Source of the DNA: a virus
Virus record (IMG/VR): IMGVR_UViG_3300031867_006616
Location: 1 to 31,863 of that record
Direction: 5' to 3' (one strand)
Length of the DNA stretch: 31,863 nucleotides
Shown: piece by piece, positions 19,604 through 30,400 of the stretch
Numbering within the stretch: position 1 is the stretch's first letter
Layout of the letters: each line of letters opens with the position of its first letter
The notes under the pieces: generated by a model
Seen by the model: only the letters and a program-made list of their open reading frames with translations
Databases searched by the model: none
What the model was told of the DNA's origin: nothing
Made by a program: the position numbers and the translations under genes

Positions 19604-22600
19604 TTAAAATTCCTCCCAGTCGATGTCTATTATTTGTCTGTTTGCATTTAGGTATTCAAGGAATACTTGGTTTGGCTTATCCCATTCGTTTGCCTTTTTC
19701 ATATATGGGGCTAATACTGTTTCATCACTTGCACTAATGTTTCGTAGTGTCAATGGGTTTTGGTTAGGTCTTATTATACATAATCCTACTGGTGAGTCCT
19801 CATTGTATAGGTTTGCATAGTAGGTTTCATCAAAGGTTATTTGCACCTTGTTTGCATTTCTTATTGATGTGTCTATATCCCAGTTAGGTTCGCTATCTCC
19901 CTCGTGGCACATCAACTGGTTCATAATGATAGTTGATTGGGCATTGGTGTTGAAGATAACTACAAAGTCTATGTATTTGACAGTATCTATGCAGTCAAAG
20001 GTAGCCCTTAATTCAGTAGTGTTACTGTTTACTGTGAATGTTTGTGAACTTTCCCATATTCCATATTGCAAGTTGTTGTCAAGGTGGATTGCTCCATTTT
20101 CATCGAAACCTCTTGCTTTGATGGTTATGCTTGTTTCATTGCCTACATCAATGTTGCCAATGTATAATGAGAATTGGTTGCTTGGTTTCTTCAAGTATTG
20201 ACTTGATGATGGGAAGTTCAATGCTAATCTTCCACTAAAGTTTTTATTGATTGCAAGAGCATTGTCATTATCTATTACAGTAGTTGTCATTGATGCACTA
20301 TGTTCCAATGGGATTAAATCATTAGTGCTTGTTACATCGTATAATGCGAAGTTATCCTCTTTGATGTTTTCGCCGATGTGCATTTCTTGTTTGAATTTTT
20401 GTATGCTTGTTTGTGGTGCAAATGTACTCATCATAGTGTTATGTTCTTCGATGAATCCCATACTTTGCTCATTGTTGATTGTTTCGCAGTAGACTCTATC
20501 AACCAGTTTAAGTATTCTTATATCTACATTAGGGTGTTTGACTACAATGAATGGTCTGCCACGATAGAACTCCCAAGTTGTACCACCGAATGATACCTTT
20601 GCATAGTCATCATTGTATTCATTCAATTGCAGTTTAAGGTTCTCTGATAATTTCAAGATGTTAGCACTATACCAACTGTCAGTAGCATCATCATATCTTG
20701 AGATTACGATGTAGCCACTTCTTCTGTGGAACTCTGCACGAACAAGGTCATTTCCAATATATACTGGTGAATACTGGTTCTCTAATGAAAAGAGGCTTAT
20801 TCCAGTTTCTGTATAACATTCTACACCACCTTTATATTGTATGTAAGGATTGCACATATATTGGGGCTTCTGCATAACCTTACCCAATTCATCGCTCACT
20901 TGATACAATGGCTTGACATAGTAAAGTGTTCCCTCATCAGATTTCCTTGTGAATACTGTCTTTGCATTAGGAACTGGAGTAGGTGAACACAACAACTCAC
21001 TATATTCAAGAGTAGACTCTGATGTGCTTACATCTTCATAGAGTCTTGCTTGTATTTCACCAGTCAGTTTGTTGAGTCTGTCATATCTTGCATTGTTATA
21101 TGTTATGCCGATTTCCAAATCCCAGTCAATGTCCTTTGGTAGTGGAACATCATTAAGTAAGACTAATCCACCACCTACTGCACCTTGAGGTAGCATACCA
21201 TAATCCACGAAGTTAAGATGATCCTCACGAAGTTCCAAATGCCAGTTACTGCCGAATACTGTACCATCATACTCACTTACAATAGGAGTTATGTCATTAA
21301 CAGTATAAGGTTCAAATTTGAAATCGTACAATGTCATTGTAGAACCAGTTTCATTTTGATATACTCCAAAAGTATTCCAACTTAACAAGTCTGTATTATA
21401 AATTGTATTCCCATTAACAGATATAGTGCAATTATTGCCATCTCTTTGAACTTTAACAATATTGGAAATTGGTGCTTGTTTAAATGGTGTTTCTGAAAAT
21501 ATAAAATTGTCAATCACTTCACCATCTCTATACAATATTGCACTACCCTTAAAAATGAATAAACCATCAAGGGTTTCAAGGGTAGGGTTTGCACCAACTA
21601 TAAATGCAGAATTATCCCCTCGCAACAATTCAACAAAAGTAAGAACATAATAATTGTTACTTGTAAACTCCATATTCATTATGGAATGTACCGAATCATT
21701 GCTTGTAGATATGATTATGCTTTGGTGTGCAAAGGTAGGGCTATCATCACCAAGAGCAATGTAATTATTTGCATCCACTATTGTAGTGTCTTGAGGCTCT
21801 GTAATGATAGTATCAGTATCTATTCTGCCTTTAATGGTATAATAACCACTTTTAAGAGTATTAGTGTCATTTGTAAGAATATCCAATCTCCAATTATCTC
21901 CACTTTCTTTAATACTCTTCGGAAGATTAAATGATATGTGTTGAGGATTGAAAACATCAGTAATATAAGAATAATAATATAATTCTTCATAAGTTTCCAA
22001 GTTAAACAATTTCAAGATGTAGAAACTATCATAACTATAATCCAATGTTGAATTACTTGAAATAGCAATGTCAATGTTTTGGTATGTTTCATTGTTATAT
22101 GCAAAACCATTTTGGGAAACAATAACATTATTCTTATTGCTTGAATCAACTGGGATTTCTACAGTCCACCATAATCCTCTTAATGCAAGACTATCCTCAA
22201 ATAAGAAGTACCAAGTATCAACACTTGTCAGTTGAGCATAAACATCGAAATAGGATATTTTGCGACCCTCTTCATTAATTTTCTCTTTTGTTACTGCATA
22301 ATACTCTTTTTCATATGTGTTCTGATTCACAAAACCACTTTTAACACTAACAAATGTATCGTTAGGAATCCAACAATCCATTTCAAATCGGATATGTGCA
22401 TAATCTCCAACATATTTGGTTTCGGAAGAATCTACAAAGGAATAAGTGATTTCCCCACCCTCTGGTGCTAAACCTTGCCAAATTCTCCATTGCCCAAACC
22501 TTAATCTGCCATCGTTTACTGTTGTTATTTCAAATGTTTTACAGACAGAATAATTAATTGCATCTCCTTTCAAGAATACAGTAACCTTGTGAGTTCCTTT

Positions 22601-25600
22601 AGGTAACCCATCAACACCACTTATAGTATCTTGGAATGTTGGATTGTAACTTGTTAATCTGTAACTGGTGTCATCATCATTAGTAACAATTATAAGGTCT
22701 GCATACCAATTAGTTTGCAATACATTGTTGATATATAGTTTAATATGGTCTTCATTTGCAAGTTGCCCAGTATCGTAATCTGTTGTTTCTTCTGTAACTT
22801 TTCTCAATTCCCTCTCTGTTTTATTAGAAACACTTTCAAATGAAACTATATCTTCATTAAATGATGAATGATATTTTACACTACCATAATAAGTTGATTG
22901 TATTATAACATTTTCACTATGGGTTATGTAAGGTATGCTTATTTTACCATCATCATCTGTTACGAAGATAGTGTCAATATAAACATTCTCTCTTTCAATG
23001 TCATATATTTTTACACTTACTGGTTCGTTCACAACACTTATATCATTCTCATCGATTAGATGAATAGTATAATACTCTTGCTCTTCATTTAACAATTTGG
23101 TTTCATTCAATACAAGGTTCTCTGATAATATTTCGGTATCATATTCTTCAAATGTGTTTACAGTAACATCACGATTGATTATAATAGGATTATAATTTTC
23201 ATCTCCTTTGTATACTACATCTACTTCCCAAGCACCATCCTTAAGGTACATTGGCACTTTTGCAACTCCATATTCATCAGTTGTACTGGTGTTGAAAAAT
23301 GTTTCATCATTGTTGAAGAAGTAGAGATCAATATCTAATCCACTTATAACTGTATTGTTATGTTTCACTATGACAGAATATTCTTTTTCATTATCTCCTT
23401 GTACCATTTCAATATTATCTGCCTCAATGGTTAAATCTTCTTTATCGTTTAATACATTGATTTGCTCTTCAAACATTACTGGTTGGTAAACATTGCCTTG
23501 ATAAGAATAACCTTTAAGATTTACTTTGAGCATTTGGCTTCCATTATTCCTAATTATAGGAATGTACAGTTTCCCATTTGAATCAGAAGTTACTGTTTCT
23601 TCGTGTCCGTAATCTCCATCCATTGTTTTGAATGAATAGTGAACTATTGCATTGCTTACTGGCAAGTCATCATCATCTAACAATGTGCAAATGAATGATG
23701 AGTTTGACCCATAAAATGTAGGATTTCGAGGATATTCAAAATGACATTCAATATACTCCAAGTTTACATTCATATCTACACTATATTTGCAACCTCTGTA
23801 TTCTTCTGTTTCATCAAAAGTTAATGTGAGATTGTAAAAACCATTGCCCCAATATACATTGAATAAGACTCTGCCATACATATCTGTTAGTACATTGAAT
23901 TTGTTGGAGTATCCAGTTGATTCATTAACACTTACTTTTACAACTTGGTTAGGTATAGGATGGTTCTCATCATCAAGTAAAAACATTTCAAATTGTTGGT
24001 TTGGTTCTGTAATTACTGTGCTTTCCATAGTGTTGAAGTGAGTTGCAGTTTTCCAATCCTCTATGATTGGTGAGAAGTTGTCATAACCTAATCCTATCTT
24101 GTCAAAGTTCAAGGTTTCGTAAGCATTACCATTCTTATATGTACTGGTTACATCTGCACTATTTACTGCAATTGCATTATCAAAATCATAATGCTTGAAA
24201 TTATTATAAGTATGTTCAAACAATGGTTCGCCATTATCCTTATTCAACAATCTCAAACTCATTTCCCAGTTACCATCAAAATCTTCAGAATACAATGTAG
24301 GTGTATGGTTTCTGAAGATAATATCCCAAGTTGAGTATTTATTGACATCAGTAACATTATTCAATGTGAAAGAACTTGGTGCATCCAGTTCGTAACTGCC
24401 TACCATATTTCCATTGACATCTTCCAATGATGTGAAGTTCTGCCAATAAGATGGTCTGAATAAATCCAATATGTCATCAGTATAATCGTGTACCAAAGCA
24501 AGATAATGTTTTATTGCATTAGATGTAATCTTACCAGTTTCCACAATACCGAACTTGGTTAGCAACTTATGGGTTAAGTATTTGACACCAACATCACATT
24601 CATAATAAAGGTCATTGATCTTCTTGATATTAGTAACCTCATAAATCTCTGCCCAACCACGATGGTTCAATGGATCACCATCGGCTCTTGTTGGAATGGT
24701 ATCGATTGGGATTGGCTTATCCATTTCACAAAGACCTTGAAGTGTAGCGACATCTTGCCAACTCATACGAAGAGTCATCTTTATATCTTCAGAGTAATCT
24801 CCTTTCTTACCATAGTAAGCCCTATTGAGATACCTATTTTCAATCAATGAGTTTTTACTATCGGCAGTAACATCTGCCTTATGACACCTTGACAATGGTA
24901 TTACACCAATGTAAGCAATCATCTTCTCAATATCAATGCTCATAGTGTCCTTTTTCTCATCAAAGTAATTATGCTTACTTGCCTTTGCCCTAACAGTCCA
25001 AACTTGTGGAGAGCCAACATTAACACTATTATGCACATACCTCTTATCCTTGCTCAAAGCAGATGAACCGACAACAATCCTACCTCTTGGCTCAAGAATA
25101 TGAATCAAACCATCATAATCCTTACCACTATCCAAAGAATGAGTAGTTACAGTATAATCATCCTCTCCACCTACATTATGGAATGGTATCCTAATATGAG
25201 CCTCAAAATTACTCATCACATCATCAACTTTCAAGCAGATCCTATTGTCAGATGTTATTCCCTCTGTTACGAATGAATCAACATTAGTGTTCATTCCCAA
25301 GTCAATCATACTGGTCTTTAATGGGTATTCAACTTGTAATCCTTGTGGGATTGTTATATCATAGCAATGGGTTTCCTCACCATTGTAGACCCCATAAATG
25401 TTCACATCAAAATAACCATCTTCAAATGCAAAGCACTTCTCATAAGAATAAGTGATAAGTTCACCACTTGGAGATGGGTAATACTGCTCAACATTCACTA
25501 TACTCTCAACTTGCTTGTTTACTGCATAATCTCCATCGTTAGTTGCAACAAGACTATACTGTCCGATATAACTGAACTTCAACCTTAATTGAAGTACATC

Positions 25601-26329
25601 TGATTTCCCACTACCTAAAGTGAAAGTCCATCTCTTTGTCGATGGGTCAAAAGCACCAGTCTTATTGCTACTTAAGATGGTTACTCCAGTTGGCAATTTG
25701 ATAGTTGTTTGCCCAGTTCCACCATCACCAGTATTCTTTGCAGTAATCTTCCAAAGGAACTCATCATTATTTGTAATGGTAGCGATTGGTGGCTCTGAAT
25801 AAATGGTAAACTTCGGTTTCAATGGCAAGTAATTGATAGATAACCTTGCACGATTAATACTAATCTCACTTGCCTCTGTGGATTTGGTCTTATCCCAAAC
25901 CACCTTAACAATAAGGCTTTTGAGTTGGTCTACTGTCAAATCACCAAGTTTGAATTGCAAAGTATGATTATCATACTCAAGGATATTCTTTAACTTGGTG
26001 AATGATGTGATTTCACGAATGAAAGTGTTATTTCCCTTAACACCACTATAAATCCTAATCTTCGGAAAGTTATTCTTGTTCAAGTTGTACTTACGAAATA
26101 CGATAGTCCAGTAGACATTACCAACCTTATACTTGCTTGGGTCAATCTTATTATACTTGTAAATGTAGCAAAGGTCTTTTGGCTTATATTCAGTAGAAGA
26201 ATTTTTGCCTTGTGGATGAACATAAGCACCATAACCCTCACCAGTCCTTGCATAGACAAGGTTTTCCCATTTAGCACCAACTCCTTGCTCATACAAGTCA
26301 GAACAATTAGTTAAAGTTTCGTGAACCAT
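19604..26329 (-). CDS. Giant (2241 aa) tail protein with DUF11-like and tandem Ig-like adhesin domains
   Basis: WKITAKNTGDGG...LPTGVTILSS...FDPSTKRWT is DUF11-like. At least four repeats of the type hxLxD.....N..V.h......TD..G.h are Ig-like. Located two genes after the tape measure gene. Confidence 0.65.
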   Translation of the reverse strand: MVHETLTNCSDLYEQGVGAKWENLVYARTGEGYGAYVHPQGKNSSTEYKPKDLCYIYKYNKIDPSKYKVGNVYWTIVFRKYNLNKNNFPKIRIYSGVKGNNTFIREITSFTKLKNILEYDNHTLQFKLGDLTVDQLKSLIVKVVWDKTKSTEASEISINRARLSINYLPLKPKFTIYSEPPIATITNNDEFLWKITAKNTGDGGTGQTTIKLPTGVTILSSNKTGAFDPSTKRWTFTLGSGKSDVLQLRLKFSYIGQYSLVATNDGDYAVNKQVESIVNVEQYYPSPSGELITYSYEKCFAFEDGYFDVNIYGVYNGEETHCYDITIPQGLQVEYPLKTSMIDLGMNTNVDSFVTEGITSDNRICLKVDDVMSNFEAHIRIPFHNVGGEDDYTVTTHSLDSGKDYDGLIHILEPRGRIVVGSSALSKDKRYVHNSVNVGSPQVWTVRAKASKHNYFDEKKDTMSIDIEKMIAYIGVIPLSRCHKADVTADSKNSLIENRYLNRAYYGKKGDYSEDIKMTLRMSWQDVATLQGLCEMDKPIPIDTIPTRADGDPLNHRGWAEIYEVTNIKKINDLYYECDVGVKYLTHKLLTKFGIVETGKITSNAIKHYLALVHDYTDDILDLFRPSYWQNFTSLEDVNGNMVGSYELDAPSSFTLNNVTDVNKYSTWDIIFRNHTPTLYSEDFDGNWEMSLRLLNKDNGEPLFEHTYNNFKHYDFDNAIAVNSADVTSTYKNGNAYETLNFDKIGLGYDNFSPIIEDWKTATHFNTMESTVITEPNQQFEMFLLDDENHPIPNQVVKVSVNESTGYSNKFNVLTDMYGRVLFNVYWGNGFYNLTLTFDETEEYRGCKYSVDMNVNLEYIECHFEYPRNPTFYGSNSSFICTLLDDDDLPVSNAIVHYSFKTMDGDYGHEETVTSDSNGKLYIPIIRNNGSQMLKVNLKGYSYQGNVYQPVMFEEQINVLNDKEDLTIEADNIEMVQGDNEKEYSVIVKHNNTVISGLDIDLYFFNNDETFFNTSTTDEYGVAKVPMYLKDGAWEVDVVYKGDENYNPIIINRDVTVNTFEEYDTEILSENLVLNETKLLNEEQEYYTIHLIDENDISVVNEPVSVKIYDIERENVYIDTIFVTDDDGKISIPYITHSENVIIQSTYYGSVKYHSSFNEDIVSFESVSNKTERELRKVTEETTDYDTGQLANEDHIKLYINNVLQTNWYADLIIVTNDDDTSYRLTSYNPTFQDTISGVDGLPKGTHKVTVFLKGDAINYSVCKTFEITTVNDGRLRFGQWRIWQGLAPEGGEITYSFVDSSETKYVGDYAHIRFEMDCWIPNDTFVSVKSGFVNQNTYEKEYYAVTKEKINEEGRKISYFDVYAQLTSVDTWYFLFEDSLALRGLWWTVEIPVDSSNKNNVIVSQNGFAYNNETYQNIDIAISSNSTLDYSYDSFYILKLFNLETYEELYYYSYITDVFNPQHISFNLPKSIKESGDNWRLDILTNDTNTLKSGYYTIKGRIDTDTIITEPQDTTIVDANNYIALGDDSPTFAHQSIIISTSNDSVHSIMNMEFTSNNYYVLTFVELLRGDNSAFIVGANPTLETLDGLFIFKGSAILYRDGEVIDNFIFSETPFKQAPISNIVKVQRDGNNCTISVNGNTIYNTDLLSWNTFGVYQNETGSTMTLYDFKFEPYTVNDITPIVSEYDGTVFGSNWHLELREDHLNFVDYGMLPQGAVGGGLVLLNDVPLPKDIDWDLEIGITYNNARYDRLNKLTGEIQARLYEDVSTSESTLEYSELLCSPTPVPNAKTVFTRKSDEGTLYYVKPLYQVSDELGKVMQKPQYMCNPYIQYKGGVECYTETGISLFSLENQYSPVYIGNDLVRAEFHRRSGYIVISRYDDATDSWYSANILKLSENLKLQLNEYNDDYAKVSFGGTTWEFYRGRPFIVVKHPNVDIRILKLVDRVYCETINNEQSMGFIEEHNTMMSTFAPQTSIQKFKQEMHIGENIKEDNFALYDVTSTNDLIPLEHSASMTTTVIDNDNALAINKNFSGRLALNFPSSSQYLKKPSNQFSLYIGNIDVGNETSITIKARGFDENGAIHLDNNLQYGIWESSQTFTVNSNTTELRATFDCIDTVKYIDFVVIFNTNAQSTIIMNQLMCHEGDSEPNWDIDTSIRNANKVQITFDETYYANLYNEDSPVGLCIIRPNQNPLTLRNISASDETVLAPYMKKANEWDKPNQVFLEYLNANRQIIDIDWEEF

Positions 26330-26886
26330 CAGTTACCACCATAAGCACAATAACCAACTCCCATCACTAATCCATCGAATGGTACATTGATGAAATCCCT
26401 TACATTAATCGGTGAAGCGATTCTACTGTAAGCCATAACGAAGTCCAAATCACCATTCTTGGTTTCTCTCTTGACAAGGAAAATACCCTCAAGGTAGGTT
26501 ATTTGACTATCACCAAGTTGGATTTGTATATCGGTTGCTCCACCATCAAGGTTAATGGTGAAACCACCATCCCAGTCTTGTATAGGGTTGCATTTGAGTT
26601 TGAAATTAGGCACTTGCAAATCTGCACTAATGTTGCTATAAACTTCTTGCAAATCAATAATAGATAATCCTTGAGTATCCCTTATCAAGCAACCAGTCTT
26701 ATTATCAATGCAATCTTCCATATTGCTTGGAACATTTTCGCAGAGAATGAAAGTGTAATCTCCACCCTCATCGGTGTTATCCTCTCCAAAAACATCATTC
26801 ATATTTTCCAAGTCAAATTGCTTATTCACAAATCTCCAAAAATGTTTCGCTTTTCTGAAAACAAAAGTGTATTCCTCATTAGCCAT
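26329..26886 (-). CDS. Tail/baseplate protein (paralogue B)
   Basis: 185 aa, directly downstream of its paralogue. F.FRK...F....NKQ, CID..GCL and D.h.AY.R motifs. Confidence 0.55.
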   Translation of the reverse strand: MANEEYTFVFRKAKHFWRFVNKQFDLENMNDVFGEDNTDEGGDYTFILCENVPSNMEDCIDNKTGCLIRDTQGLSIIDLQEVYSNISADLQVPNFKLKCNPIQDWDGGFTINLDGGATDIQIQLGDSQITYLEGIFLVKRETKNGDLDFVMAYSRIASPINVRDFINVPFDGLVMGVGYCAYGGN

Positions 26887-26888
26887 AC

Positions 26889-27446
26889 TTATTGCACCTC
26901 ACAAGTATCTTGACCTACAAAAGCAGACCCTTTCATAAGTGTCAAGTAATTCTGTACTCTCACTTCGGTTAGTTGCCTTGCATAAGCGACAATGTAATCG
27001 TTACCAGTATCTGCACCATTAACCTTTGCCAATGCTATCGCTTTAATGTAAAACACTTCATCTTCTGCAAATTCAATGTTCACATCTTTCTGTGTATGGT
27101 TTTCGGCAGTTCCACCAGTTTCCCATTCATCAAGGAATAGGTTAAAACCACTTTCGCCATTGTCAAACCATTCTACTCCAAGATGGAATTGCACATCAGT
27201 ATAAGTGCTTGAACTTGGCTCTATCTTTATCATACTTGTTGGTGCATCGTTGGTTTTTAAGCATCCATTTTCATCTATACATTCGTTGAAGTCTAATGGT
27301 GCAGAAGAGAATAGTAAGAGATGATAAAGTGAATCATCGTTCAAACTATCTCTGTCTTGTATCACCATTTGTTTGTTTAAGTGTTTGTAGAACCCATTGG
27401 GTTTTCTGAAAGTGAAACTTGTTTCGTAATCGTATTCACTTGTCAT
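26889..27446 (-). CDS. Tail/baseplate protein (paralogue A), distal-tail position
   Basis: 185 aa, immediately after the tape measure gene. Same motifs as 26329-26886. Confidence 0.55.
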   Translation of the reverse strand: MTSEYDYETSFTFRKPNGFYKHLNKQMVIQDRDSLNDDSLYHLLLFSSAPLDFNECIDENGCLKTNDAPTSMIKIEPSSSTYTDVQFHLGVEWFDNGESGFNLFLDEWETGGTAENHTQKDVNIEFAEDEVFYIKAIALAKVNGADTGNDYIVAYARQLTEVRVQNYLTLMKGSAFVGQDTCEVQ

Positions 27447-27459
27447 CGTTTATCATCTC

Positions 27460-30400
27460 CTAATATCCTATTGCTCCATTTGGGCTATTGATTGATACGA
27501 TTGCTTTTTCTACTGCTTGTCTGATTTTAGTGTCTAAATCTTGTACTCCGATGACAGTAGAGTTTGACATATCAATATTTATATTTGTCTGTGTTAATTG
27601 TGGAGTTTGTCCTTTGTGGTTGCCATTTAATTGAGTGTTCTTTGTATTTGCTTGTAGTTGTTCATTACTTACTCCTTTTTGGGCAAGTACACCTACATCA
27701 GTTCGCAAGTTTCCATAGGAATTGTAACCATTAGTCAATGCCCTACCTAATGCTTGACCTCCACGATACATCATTTGTTTTCCATTATCAAGGGCTAACA
27801 TTGAGTATTCCATCTCTTTGGCGATTGCACGAGCAATTTTTGCTGGAGAACCGACATTCAGTCCTTTGGTAGATTCAAAACCCTCTGATAAGGCACTTCC
27901 AAGTTTAGCACCTTTATTATAGAAAGATTGCTCTTTCCCATCAAGTTCTTTAAGTGCATATCTTATTTCATTTGCAACAATTGTTTTCAATGTTGGTTTA
28001 TGGTTCTTGAAACCATCAACCAGTTTCTGACCTAATGTCTTACCACCATTATTGAATGTAGCATATCTTGATTGGATTTCACTAATTCCTTTAGCCAGTA
28101 CACTTACAACTGTACTGTTGAAACTTGCACTTCCAGTCTTGAAACCAGTAGGCAAAGCATTACCTAATTTTTGACTTGCAGTTTGAACTCTTGAACTTGC
28201 ACTACTGATAGTAGTGATAAGCAAGTTAAGTTTCACTTTCAATTGAGCAATAGCATTAGCAGTTTGAGTAATAGCATTAGCATTAGCACCACCATTAGCA
28301 GTAGACAAACCACCAAGTTTATTCGCAAAGTTCATCACATCACGAATATCATTATACAATTGATCCAACTTGGAACTTAATCCCATACCAATAGCACCAC
28401 TAATTCCACCACCTAATGCACCAAAGATGTTGCCTACTGCATCACTTGTACCCATTGCATTATTTACTTTCTGTATCGCTTGGAACAATGGTGGTATGTC
28501 AGTAGCCATCTGTTGTATCGCTTGAACTTTGGCTTGGTCTACTGGTTCTCCCATATCCAAACCATTGAAATCACTAATGAAATCAGTAAGGCTTGGGATA
28601 ATATCCTCTGTTAATGCTTGTAATCCAGTTTTACCAGTAAGCAATTGTGATGCTTTTTCAGTAAGCATAATTCCTAATGTTGCAATATCCACTACAAAAA
28701 GGTCTACCATCGCTTCGGCTAACACTTTCAAGACTCTACCAATCATACGAATGGTTTCTGCACCTTGATTAATGTTCTCTTCACCTAAAGCACTTGCACT
28801 TGCACCAAGCAATGCTATCGCTCCAAGTGGAACTATCAACATCACAATCGCTTCTGCAACAAGTAACAAACTTGTAGCAATACCAATTACCATAGGAATT
28901 GCCAACACATCGGCAGTAGCACCAAGAATACCACTTATTACAATGAAACCAACAATAAACCAACCAATAGTGCCATCACTTGCAATATAATTAAGAGCAT
29001 CTGCAAACATATGGATAGTAGCAATTCCACTCTCAATATTTTCTTGTTGCCAATTCTGAACTGCACCAATACTTGCAATAGCCAACAATGGTAAGTTAAG
29101 CAAGACAATCGCTTCGGCTATTAAACCCATAGCAATAGCCATACCAGTAGCCAACTTAACTGCACCTTTACCTATGGTTTTCATTGCAGAGTCTGGCACT
29201 TTACCAAGAGCATAACTGAAAACAAGCAAAGCACCACCAAGCAAAGCAAACCACAAACCAAACTCCTTAATAAACTCAATACCACTATCAAATTGAGGTT
29301 TCAAAGAATCATAAGTATAACCAATAGCACTAATCAAAATTATTGCCTCTTCAATCAAAGCCCAAGCCATAGCAATCGCAACTGCCACTTCCACAAAGAC
29401 TTTAGCCATCTTACCAAGATTCTTTGCAAGACCCTTAACACCATCCTTGAAACCACCTCCCTCTTTAGGAGCAGAAGTTCCACCAGTATTAGTAGACCCA
29501 CCAAGTTTACCAAGACTATCACTTGCCTCATCAATAGGTTTAGTCTTACCAAGAACATCAAGAATAGTATTCCAACCACTTTTAAAAGCACTTGCAACTT
29601 TCTTAATGATGTACAAACTAATAAGTCCAGTAACCAAACCACCAATAACTTTAGTGGAAATATCACCGAACTTTTGCATATTCCGAACACCAAACATTAT
29701 ATCCAAACGAGTAGAAACCTTTTTCCAAATTTCATTCAGATAACTTGCAAGACCCTCAAGAGCCTCAAGTATGATTACGAAGTCTTTAGCAACTTCTATT
29801 AATATAGGTTGGATATATTCAAAAGCATCAACTAAATCTCTGCTTATCTTAAGTTCTAATGTTTCAATAGCATCATTCAAGTTAGTGATGTTCTGTGCAG
29901 TAAGAGTATATCCTCTTTCATCTGCAATCTCTTTAAGAGCATCAATCATACTTGCTTGGTCGCCAGTCCACCCATGTGCCTCTAATTCCTCTTTACCAAC
30001 ATTAACTTCCTTTAATCTCCTTAATTCGCCATCAAGTGCATCGTTTAATGCTAATATTGAGTCTTCTTGGCTTCTTCCTTGTTTAACGAACTCTGAACCA
30101 TATATTGCCATTACTTCAGATAAATCACCAATCTTATCTGCTTGTAAACCATATTTGTATGCAGTTTCTTCGGCATTTGCACCGACAACTGTCATATCAA
30201 TCTTTTGGTATTTCTTTTGCAAGGCATCAAGTTGGTCGCCTAATTTACTCATTTCAGTTCTTACTTGAACTGATGATTGTTTGGTTTGGTTGAGGTATCT
30301 TTGGTCTGTTTGTAAGGCTTCGCTAAAGTATTTTTGTGAGCCTCTTGCATTGAGGTTGGAACTGGATTTTTCATATATATCCATCATCTCATTGAAACCC

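Noticed and set aside
29293-30293. Several 60-170-aa ORFs overlapping the tape measure gene on both strands
   Set aside because: These are shadow frames of a repetitive Ala/Gly/Ile-rich coding sequence with no RBS or motifs. The same applies to the other short antisense ORFs in the track.
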